Assembly: GCA_030141605.1 (NCBI GenBank)
Contig: JAQGDQ010000236.1
Span: 248,001-312,000 of the forward strand
Source: Tubiluchus corallicola
Taxonomy: Eukaryota > Animalia > Priapulida
DNA length: 64,000 bases
Direction of reading: 5' to 3'
Position 1 is the first letter of the stretch, and every line of letters starts with the position of its first letter. Positions 24,101-35,101 of the stretch are shown here, one piece after another. Below the pieces are notes generated by a model. It saw only the letters and a program-made list of their open reading frames with translations, did not search any database and had not been told where the DNA came from. The position numbers and the translations under genes are program-made.

Positions 24101-27100
24101 CTTGTTGCACTAAGTAGTCTAAGCCTTGTTGCACTAAGTAGTTTAAGCCTTCTTGCACTAAGTAGTCTAAGCCTTGTTGCACTAAGTAGTTTAAGCCTTC
24201 TTGCACTAAGTAGTCTAAGCCTTGTTGCACTAAGTAGTCTAAGCCTTGTTGCACTAAGTAGTCTAAGCCTTGTTGCACTAAATAGTTTTTGCCAAGTCTG
24301 TAGCATTCACATGTGTATGAATTTGTCATTTTACTCCAGATGTTCATGTCCATGTGATGTTTCTGTTTTTTGCGTGTCTCTTAACTGAAGGTATCGTCAT
24401 GTAGACCTATCTATTGTGTGTTTCTTAAATGACTCTATGAATAAGTACACTTAGGGCATTCATTCTTTCTGCTTGTGTTATTAATTGATATAGTCAGTTC
24501 TACAGTTTATTTTTGGCTGCATGCATTCAAAGAATCTGCTAATGCTAGTCATGCAGAACACATGCTACTCTGTTGAGGCAGTGGCTTCTTTCTCTTATGC
24601 TCTAATTGAAGCTTAATCTTGTGCCATCTATTAACAAATCAGCATCTAAAGTTATTGCATAGTACAGTGTATGTACACATGTTCTTGTGTAGACAAATTG
24701 GTAAAGCTCAGTAAAGTATTTTAAGAGGGGGGGGTGCATAATCATTTCTTACTTTTATAGCTGGTATTGGTATGTAGCCAGGTAATATTTGCATTTGTTT
24801 ATTGTTAAAGCAAATTGAAGTTTTCCAACCAAATAGACTTTGCTTTACAGCTAAATTTCATGTCTATGTAACTGAATTGCTGAATAGAAGAATCGGATGA
24901 AGTTTACAATTTTCCACACAATTTAAATGCACCCACCCTAAACCAACCCTAACTCTAACCCTACCCCTAACCCTAATCCTAATCTTAACCCTAAACCAAC
25001 TCTAACCCTATCCCTAATCCTAACCCTAAACCAACCCTAACTCTAACCCTATCCCTAACCGTAATCCTAATCCTAACCCTAAACCAACCCTAACACTAAA
25101 CCTATCCCTAACCTTAATCCTAATCGTAACCCTAAACCAACCCTAACTCTAACCCTATCCCCAACCCTAATCGTAATCCTAACCCTAAACCAACGCTAAC
25201 ACTAAACCTAACCCTAACCCTAATCTGCTTCACGAACTAATTTCTTGTGTGTTGGGAATTGTAAACTTTATTCGAAAAATCTGCCTGTTTAGTATGGATT
25301 CTTCATTAAGTTTCTGCTTTTGCATATTATGTGCATGTAAATGGTACATTATATAAGCTACTTATATAGGCTAAAGATTTATTTACATGGCATATTTTTG
25401 CGAAATTTAAGGTAGTTGTGTGTGACATTCTGATAAGAAATAAGGTTTGTAAGTTAGTAACGACCATACGTTATTAGAAGAATCTGTACCCAAAGTTATT
25501 TTACGTTTTCTGTAATAGTATTGTTCAATTTCCTGTGACTGCTATTTCGTAACTGACTTATTTTTCAAGCTCAAAGTATCTTTTGAATACTTGTGTGCAG
25601 TTGATCTGTAGCTAGTGTGCCATGTGTAATGGATCTGTATGTTTCGCTGTATGTGGTGGATCGTTGTCATTCCTTATGCACTGGATCTATGCTTTGCTGC
25701 ACCATGCTATTTGTAGTGCTGTGGTTATGTGTCATGTGCCCCTAATCTGTACTATGTAGTATGTGGAGAACAGATTTTTCTATGCATGTGGTATATGAGG
25801 TTATCATGAGTTATATGTGATAGCATTTTGTCTAGCTCCACGAATTATATGAATTACTAAGATTTTCCTGTTTTCTAATTGAGCCTTTCAAACAAATTAG
25901 AGAAATACCATCTGATACAATATTATATTGCATTTTTTCAAATTTTTAAAATTACCCCTGTGAGATGAAATGATGACTAGGTAAGTCTAAACAGATTACA
26001 CAAGTCACAGACCTGTCATTACACGCATGATTGTTCTTAAAGTTTGTAATATGCAGTAGCTAAGAATAAGTTGTGTTTGTTTATTACAGAAGGACTACCA
26101 GCTATATACTATTTCGGACCATGCGGCAAGTACAATGCTCTCGTCATGGAACTTCTCGGCCCGAGTCTAGAAGATCTTTTTGATCTTTGCGATAGGAAAT
26201 TTGCACTGAAGACTGTCGTCATGATAGCGTTGCAGTTGGTGTGTACACTTAAATTACGTTTTATTATAGTTTAATGTTAATAAACAGTTTGAGCGTGCAC
26301 TCAAATTGTATTTTGCCAGGTTGTTTAACATTAGTAAGTGATCACATTTTCTAAAATTCTGCTGTTTGCCATTTGGAGAAAGTCATCTTATTAATCCTAT
26401 AATTATATGAACATTTTGGTAACTCCGAGATTATACACCTTTATAGTTATGCACTAGCCCACTAATGGAAATACTAGGCTTAATCTCTAGTAAACACTTA
26501 GTAAACACTAGTGATCACATTTTCTAAAATTCTGCTGTTTGCCATTTGGAGAAAGTTGTCTTATTAATCCTATAATTATATGAACATTTTGGTAAATCCG
26601 AGATTATACACCTTTATAGTTATAAAGTTATACACTAGCCCACTAATGAATATACTTGGCTTAATCTTCAAATCCCTCCCATTAATCTTAAGTTTACTCA
26701 GTTATATAATGTACTTACTCACTATCATGTAAGGTACAACACTCCACTTCATATATTATTATGAGTGTTTTGTAATTTTGTTTTTTACAATTTATTCCAT
26801 ACGCATTTGTAAGCTGTTGTAGCTGTGGTTAGCTAGGTCATTGTCCTAGTACTAAAAGTTTGTTTCATAATGCTGTGTTAATAGCATTTTTTAAATATCT
26901 CTTGTAGATAACATTAATAGAATATGTGCATTCCAAGTATTTAATATACCGAGATATAAAGCCGGAAAATTTCCTAATCGGCAAACACGGGAGTCCAAAA
27001 GAGCGATCGCTAAACGTGGTTGACTTTGGCCTAGCAAAAGAGTATATAGATTCAGATACACATAAGCACATACCATATCGAGAGCATAAGAGCTTAACAG

Positions 27101-30100
27101 GAACTGCTCGTTATATGAGCATCAACACACATTTAGGAAAAGGTAAGATATGAATATCACTCGTCATATCAGGAAACAACTTGTACTTAAGGAAAGCTAG
27201 AAAATTACTTTTTCTGTTTAAATGGATTATACGTAAATTATTGTGTACGTGAAATTTATGCAGCTGTGATATTTGTTGTTGAATTATGATTAATTGATTA
27301 ACTATTGAATTATTTGGTGTGATTAATTTATGAAGGCGTGGTGTGAATTATATTTATTAATTTATCAGTTTTTTTATCAAAATCACAGAAGTTTCATATT
27401 AGTCAGCACAAATATTTTATGAATGTTTATGCGACACACACAATATTAGTTTTTCTTTCATTACATAAAGCATGTTTGTTCTTGTCTATAGTATTTAAAT
27501 TGATTTCTCTAAATTGTAGAGCAAAGTCGAAGAGACGACCTAGAAGCACTAGGACACATGTTCATGTACTTCCTTCGTGGCAGCTTACCATGGCAGGGCT
27601 TGAAAGCAGATACATTAAAAGAGCGGTATCAGAAAATCGGCGACACAAAGCGATCAACGCCTATTGATGTGCTTTGTGAGAAGTTTCCTGGTACGTGCAG
27701 TTTTAAATAACATCTCTATTTGTCGTTTCTATTACTCTCATTTGATTGGCCAGGCAACCAGAGGTGTGGCTTAACTATCTGTATCCTTAATTTTCCAAAA
27801 TAATTGTTTTTTTGAAAGTGGAAATGCCTCGTAACATTACAGAATACCTCTTTCATAAAATTTATGGAATTAGTGGCCTGAAAATAAACATTTAGGAGCT
27901 AGGCAGATCGCAGGACTTGAAAATTTAATTGCCTCGTTTCCAGACCGCTTTGTTGAAAATGTAATGGATATTTTATTAGGTTGACAAATAAAATTATTAA
28001 TAAAAGAAAGTTGATATATGTACCTTAATAAGCCTTCTCTTAATGTACAAAGCAATTCAATTCCTTTAACTTTATTTTCACACACATACCTATTTGTTGC
28101 TGTATAAATTTCTTTTCTACGGGTCTGCTTAATCATTCTCTATTTAGCTTTTGTAATGATTAAGCAGGCGTTTGTACATACATAATTAGTGCATAATTTA
28201 CTGTATCAATTTCTTTTCTACTGGTCTGCTTATTCATTACCTATTTGCCTTCTGTTAAATACTTAGTTAGCGCATAATGTTCTATACTGTAGGCTCTGCC
28301 CATATAAACTGTTTGTACATTTGCAAAAAATTTACCATCGTAATAAAAAATTGATAAATAGAAGTTAGTTTACCAATTTCACTTTCCTCATCAGACTTTT
28401 CTATACTATAATTTCTCTTTTTTGTTTTTGAACAGAATTTGGTCAGTACTTAAGATATGTGCGACGGTTAGATTTCTTTGAGATGCCTGATTATAACTTT
28501 TTACGAAAAATCTTCCTTGATCTCATGGAAAGTAAAGGATGGGAGAATGACTTGGAATATGACTGGATAGGTCATACTTCTATAGTAAGTGTACTTTTTT
28601 CTGTACAAATTTTGAGATGTAATTAACAAGTGAAATTTGCTTCAAAATGAATATCTGAGACTTTGACCTCAGACAAGTCATTCGCCATCTGATTATGGTC
28701 TTATTATGTGCTATATGGTTGCTTAGCTACGGCCAAATCACGTTGAAAATGCCGTCTGATCACCGGAGTTAAGCAACCTAGAGCCTGGAGGAGGTCAAGT
28801 GACCCAATGGCCATATGTAGAGGAGTAAACCTTCCAAATTAGGAGTGGAGCCCCGAAGGCAGACCAGTGCAGCATGCTCACTGACTCTGGCAGCTCCTGC
28901 AGCCAACCTGGTGCCAAACGTATCGCTCCGCTTTCCTTTGGACTACACCAGGGAGGAAGAGAGGGGGTTCCTGTTGTCTGGGCAACTCAGGATCTCCATA
29001 CACCTTGCCCAGGCGTGCGCCCCGGAGAGGCCACTCCAGTGGTTCAAGGATCGGATTGCTCAGCCACAGTCGACGCTGCAGCTCCATCAATGTGATCAAT
29101 AACTGACTCTCTTGGTGCACACTCCATTGTCTTCCGAGGCAGAAGGATGCCTACCACATGATTGCTTCATGTAAAAATGTGGTACTTGATCCTCAGCAGA
29201 AAAGAAATTAAACAGCCTAAAGTGATAGTTGTAGCATTACAACAACCCTGGAACAGCAAGAATGCACTGTTTTCACAAATAAATTGTTTTTGCATTAATT
29301 CAAAAGTGGCTTTTAGAAAGGACCTTTGTATTTCGATGAGTCCTAGGATCTTTTATTCAGGGATTTTTCCATTCCGGCTAACTTTCCACCTACTCATAAT
29401 ATTGTTTAAGTTTGTATATTTGTATTAATAGCATTTAATGCTTCATATTTTCACACTGGCTGGTCTTTGTGTTAATACTATTTAGTTGTTTTCATACTGT
29501 CTCTATTTGGCTAAGTTTAAATTAATTTTTGTTTATAGATGACTCCTATGGGTTCGGTATTAAAACCGGAATTAAATACTTCCCCCGCTGGCAGGGGGAG
29601 GCACCAGAGTCAACCTAATAAGGTTTGTAGACTTTCTACATTTAGGTTAAAACTTAAATTAGAAACAGTTGCATAATTACGTTTAGCTAAAGATGGACTT
29701 CCGCGTAATAACTTCGCATTTACTTTTACTAATAAATAATAACTCCACTTACAATGAAACGAAAACACTAATTAGTTAGTTAGTAATTATGTAAACTATC
29801 TGTAATAACTTTTATCTATTCTTTGACTGCTTAGCTGCTTGAATAGGTAGAGATCTTGATTTTCAACAGTTAATCAGTTATGTGGGATGCATAAATACGT
29901 GAATAATTAATTGTTGTTTACCTTTATGTAGGTACAGCAAAATAAATCTTATCAATCGGGTTTACTCACTCCCAACCTTGCACAACAGAATCAGTTAGCT
30001 GGCTCTACTCAGGTAAGCACTGTTATTACCTGCTAATTGATTTGTCTAGGTTGAGTTTTAGACATTTTACAAGCACATAAGTAATTATTATAACACGTAT

Positions 30101-31037
30101 TGAAAGTATTCTTGGTGCCATTGCTAAGAACTGGCAAGGAATTTGGATATTTACCCTTGTTTGTTTGTTTTCTGTCTGTCCATATTGCATCTCAGGAAAT
30201 TATGGACTAATTTCAATGGAACTGTGTTGAAAGATGAGCCATCGCTCAGCTTGGGACCAAAAAGTATTGCCCTGGTTATAGTAATGATGGGAAATCCGAG
30301 AGAATATAGAGAATGCACTTGGTGACTAGTGTCTAGTTTGCATTGCCAGTTACAATAACAAATTCTCTGCTTACTGTTTCTCGTAAGTTACCAGTGTCGT
30401 ATAATGTTCACTAGACTAATGTTCAAGTGTTTTAATAGTACAGCAAAGCATAAATCTTCACTTAGCATTGTTAGCGACATCTTGTTTTAATGACACTGGA
30501 TATCTGACACCTTTTACCTTTTTTTCGCTGACACACGAACACTTTTGCCTTGTTTTAAGTATTCAGAATTTATTAACTGTGCTTTGATGCTTTGTAAAGA
30601 TACCAGAGGTAGCAGAAATTACAACTAGTGCTTGTTGGAAACTACTACAATGTGTTATTATTGCATGATTTATTACTGCACCTTGCTAAACCACTGACTG
30701 CGTTCAAGGTAATGAGTCATTGTCAGTGTCAAATAAAGTATTGCGACCAAAGTTTTACCACAAGTCACCAATAGCATTTATACTGTTTTGCTTGTCAACT
30801 TTTCCTTTCTATCTTTCTGCTGTCGGTAATGTTGGTTGCTAAGTCTGTGTAATTTTTCTCTTTGATGGTTAGGTTGTCAGTTCTACATATGGAGATCTGA
30901 ATCCGGATGATCCAACTGCTGGTGCATCCATGACGCCAATCGCTGCTCAACCAGAAGTAGACGTCGTCGAAGATACAAAATGTTGCTGCTTCCGTAGGAA
31001 AAAGAAAACAAAGAAGAAAACAACAAGAAGAAAATAA
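21178..31037 (+). CDS. CSNK1G: Casein kinase I gamma (gilgamesh-type), complete, 450 aa
   Basis: 10 exons: 21178-21385, 22759-22799, 23122-23191, 26090-26238, 26908-27142, 27520-27690, 28436-28584, 29539-29622, 29932-30012, 30873-31037 (total 1353 nt). Motifs [68 protein letters not shown]. The C-terminal [11 protein letters not shown] palmitoylation motif is characteristic of the gamma isoform. Confidence 0.97.
23763..24281. repeat. 24-bp minisatellite (GCACTAAGTAGTCTAAGCCTTGTT), about 21 copies
   Basis: Near-perfect head-to-tail repeats in CK1 gamma intron 3, with no spacers. Confidence 0.97.
24894..25274. mobile_element. TIR-bounded element carrying an internal telomere-like (CCCTAA) array
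   Basis: Left end CGGATGAAGTTTACAATTTTCCACACAA; right end reverse complement CGAATAAAGTTTACAATTCCCAACACACAA. Possible 6-bp TSD AAGAAT/AAAAAT. Confidence 0.65.
24932..25224. repeat. Degenerate interstitial telomeric (CCCTAA)n array with a 53-bp higher-order unit
   Basis: Unit approximately CCCTAA-ACCAA-CCCTAA-CTCTAA-CCCTAT-CCCTAA-CCCTAA-TCCTAA-TCCTAA, repeated about 5-6 times, one unit shortened. Confidence 0.9.
26337..26667. repeat. Local tandem duplication, period about 173 bp, two copies
   Basis: AGTGATCACATTTTCTAAAATTCTGCTGTTTGCCATTTGGAGAAAG at 26337 and 26510. Confidence 0.9.
28725..29155 (+). mobile_element. 5S rRNA-derived SINE (SINE3), copy 2, internally deleted
   Basis: Same 5S start (CTACGGCCAAATCACGTTGAAA), same body and tail as copy 1. 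A deletion removes 5S box C and the start of the body. TSD ATATGGTTGCTT (28713-28724) / ACATGATTGCTT (29156-29167). Confidence 0.85.
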
Positions 31038-34000
31038 CCTTGTTAGACATTGTTTCATTTTCATCATAAATGCCATGCATTCTTGCAGCGTGGTTTCTGT
31101 TGTCATGACAACTGACCAAGTTGACTCCTTAAGCTTTTTACTCTTGTTGTGGCACTCCATGCTTAATCTATCTGCTGTCATCTTTTGCCCATTGCATCTA
31201 TTTTATACATGTGCAGTTACAGAAAGGCTTGAAATTTAGATATTTGTGCTTGCACAGTTTTCGGGTGCAGAACATTGATTTCCTTGCATTACATTTCAAT
31301 CTACGTGTACGTGTTTTGCTCTATGCAAACAGAAAAGGTAGTAATATCGCCATGCAGAGATGAACAATTGAGGTGGCGTTTAGATAGACACACTGCAGTA
31401 CGGTTTTGGCTTCTATTGCCAGAGTTCGCAGTAATTTTGTTTCTGTGATGTAGAGCTTCACAGACAACGACATTTTTCTTTCTTTGCCTTTTTTACTGTT
31501 TGTAAACATCGTCAAGTTGGCCATAATTTATTTAGTCAATAACTTCTTTGCTAAGTAATGATGAAGTCATTTCAAAAGCTGGAACTTGTTGTCGCAGCTG
31601 GTTAATTTTGATTGACGTCCAGTACGCATTCGAAGACTCTCCTGTTACATTATGGGTGTTTTACATTACCATTCAAAAATACTGCAGAGCAGATTTTCTT
31701 CAGCCATTTTCTGAAATGCAATATGTGCAGCCTTCATGTATAATGACTACAATTGAAGCATTTTAATTTAGTGTGCTATATTTACTATTTATTTGTTTTA
31801 TAATATTGTAAAGAACCCCAAAGCTGACCAAAGCTATGAAAACCTTCAGCTGTATTTTTTTATGAATAAACTAGTCACCCCTCTAACAAAATTTCAATTT
31901 TTTGTCTATTTTTGCTGTTCCACTGTGACATCTTTTGGTAAAGATGGATGCTTTCAGCCTGCATTCAGTTTTGTTGCAGAAAAATTCACTTTCTAACAGT
32001 TAATTCTTTTGCACTGTGTAATACTTTGCTTAAGTCGAAAAGAAAATGTGGTTCTGAAAAAGGAAATCATTAGCAACGAAGCTATTTACCAAAATAGGAA
32101 GTTTTTCCCATCATGTAAGAGATCCAACTGCATATAGTGGAATGGCGTTGGAGGTCTATCTTTTCTTTTCTGAGAACTTTCAGCTTGCGACACACTCGTT
32201 TAAATTTCACAGTTTTGTTAGTTAAGAGTGGAGGCACTTTTTACAAATTTTGTGCTTCATGGTTTTTCAAATAATGTACTTCTCACATAGAGAGACAGTA
32301 TTTTAAGAACGGTATGAGCTTTTGTGGTCTTCCCATTGATGTTGTAAATAACCTCAAACAGTCTGCTCTTTTGCATGTGCTGCCACTTTATTTTTCATGC
32401 TAGATGATTTTTAGCTTCTACGTTACAGGGTGTTTACGTGTCACTAATATGTTGATTTTGATATTTGTGTGACTGCGACGTAATATTTTCAAATGGATGA
32501 TAAGTGCGTTGATGCTATATAGTGTAATGTATTAACATGAATTGTTCAGCTAGTTGTTGATTTAATTGATCTTAGAGTATTAATAAGTGTTAATTTTTTA
32601 TGGCCTTATATAGAAATGTTTGTACAATTGTTGCACTGCCTGGTGTTAATAGGTTTATGTGGTTCCTACAGTCAACATAATCACATCATTTTCTGCCTGC
32701 TACTAGCTTTTTATGATGCAACTGTCAATTGTTTACAATGAGCATTAATGACTAGTAGCACGAGAAGTATAATGGACTAATTTCCTTGCACGAAGGTGCT
32801 TTATTCAGTTTTGCTGCAATTATTGCGTTAACTAACACATCTGTGTGTAATATTTTTACGAGCTGTGCTGTAAATTGTAAACGTACTAAAGTTTGAACAT
32901 TAGTTAATTTTGTTATAACAAACTTACCGAAAAAGTTCTCGTACTAAACAAAATATAGATTAAATGCACTTAGCGGTAATGTCGTTGTGTCATGGGGTCA
33001 TTTATTTAAAGACGGTGTAATTCTTTAACGAGTAAGAGTAAGCCGGGCGCTTTTGTATAATTTTGTATTATGCAATTTCTTCTTGGTATTTTGCTACATC
33101 TGAGGGATCACTGCATCATTTGTATCTTCCATTCATCTTCATTTGCTTTCTTTTTTAATTATCAAAATGATAAGTAATTAATAATCGCCTCCAAGAAATA
33201 TATAATTTTCATTGAGCATCTCTCAATAAAACTGATAACGGCATTAAATTTTTTGTGAAGCAGATCTAAAAGCGTTTTTAATTCTGCTTGATTAAGTCAG
33301 AGGTATATTAACTTTTTAAGTACTAATTACTGCTAAATTCCCAGTATTTCTGACATTATTTTATGAATCTTAGCATTTGGCAAGCTTTGCTTCTTTAAAA
33401 ATATCTTCTCTGACGAAGTTATACATGTGCTAGATTATCAGCTTTTCTTTAGCCAGTGCAACGATGGCGCTGTTTGTTATTTACTTGCTTTGTTTTTGGC
33501 CTGTTTTGTTGAGTAAATGAGCTGCATAATCTTTGTTAGCTCAACTTTGCTGTTAACTTTCATCAAATTCCCGAGTGCTTCTCTGCATATATAAACATAA
33601 CCACCTAATCTATATTTCATTTAAATTTTAGCAATTTTGTTTGTCCAGAGAGATGCGAGTTGAACAAAATCGACTTTAGTGCAGTGCTATTATGTTTTTT
33701 TGAAGTTTATTTTGACTGCAAAAAGACAAAGATTTTATTAATGGGTTTCTATAAAGAAATGAATCCTTTCTGCAACTTACTTGTTATGCGGTTAAGAGTA
33801 GTAGCTGCAAGAATAGAGTAAGCTTAATAACAGTGCATATGATCAACAAGCAGTTTCCACTGTTTAATAATTAATAGGGATATGTCACTAATAAGGATAT
33901 AAAATTATTAAAGCGAAAAAAATGTATATTGCTTTTTTATGTATACGTTTTTCAGTGACTGCTGCTCTAAGGTTCTGTTTGGTCTTCTGTCAATAGAAGT

Positions 34001-34106
34001 TCATTTATAGCATAAAAAAACGTAAGAACTTGATTTAAACGGCTACGATAATTGATAAATTATTTAGATTAATTATTTACGTATGCAATTTGTGCATATG
34101 TTTATT

Positions 34107-34335
34107 AATTAATAAAGAAATCCCACAAAGAAAAATCCCAAAATATGTAATGATTAAGATTTTAGTGCATGGGTTTTAGGTCAGGTGGGAGGAGAGAAAA
34201 ACCAGAAAAAAACACTAAATTATTTTTGAGACTTTGTTCTAATCACTTATTAGTCGCAGAATATGCAGCACAGAAAAAGATCCAGTTTCAACATCTTCTC
34301 AATCTCAATTTCTTGGTGGGATTTTTTTATTAATT
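34107..34335. repeat. 27-bp inverted repeat pair (MITE-like) between the CK1 gamma and DCAF12 3' ends
   Basis: AATTAATAAAGAAATCCCACAAAGAAA (34107-34133) versus the reverse complement of 34309-34335, 2 mismatches. Confidence 0.65.
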
Positions 34336-35101
34336 GTTTCAATCTTTGATAACATTTATTTTCGTATTATGTACGTTGAAGGAACAGAAACACTGCAAGT
34401 TGATGACACTTCGTTAAAATACTATTTTCATATGCATAGACTTATTTAACGTGTTCTGACTGCAATTATTTATGGAGTATTTTATAATTAACTTGATGCA
34501 AATATAACATCATTTCGCATCAATAATTAGGCCTTTTGTGCATAAATTAAAGTTTGCCATGTTGTACAGTTTGTTTTTATAATGTTCCAGTTGCTTTGAT
34601 GAGAGCAGGTGCCGATGCTTTCATGTTATCATCCTCGTAACTCCCATTTTTGTCTATACGAACTAAATGAATGAATAAATATTAATTTGTTTGAAATAAA
34701 CAAGCGACTTTAACTGTACATATCTGCTCACATCATTTTTATAATTATACGTCCTCGTTACAAAATAAATAATGCATTTGCATTAACTGAACTAAAACAA
34801 TAAAATAAAGTCAAAGCAGCAATTATTCATTAACACAGCAGACAAAAAATGACGCATGGAAACTGCATTGCTATGGTTACTAAACAGTTATGTTTTTGCA
34901 AGTAAATCGCTTCTAGCTTGTGAGAATTAATATAAAAATTTAAAAGAACCTGATATGATATAATATTTATTAAAATACGCACAAAATGTATCACACTCAT
35001 CAAGCATTCCATTTTTACAAAATACAGTATAATACAGAAAACACTTCACTTGACAAACATTTTTATTTACAGTGAATTTACACTAGTAGCTAAAACAGGC
35101 A

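Noticed and set aside
23763-24281. CRISPR array
   Set aside because: Contiguous tandem units with no unique spacers, no cas genes, and an intronic eukaryotic context.
23728-24353. 192-aa and 202-aa repeat ORFs as genes
   Set aside because: By-products of a 24-bp minisatellite on the antisense strand of an intron; no splice or homology support.
24932-25224. True telomere or chromosome fusion site
   Set aside because: Short, degenerate, single orientation, intronic and bounded by TIRs.
27781-27790. U12-type donor GTATCCTT
   Set aside because: Lies mid-intron, not at an exon boundary; the CK1 gamma exons splice correctly with ordinary donors.
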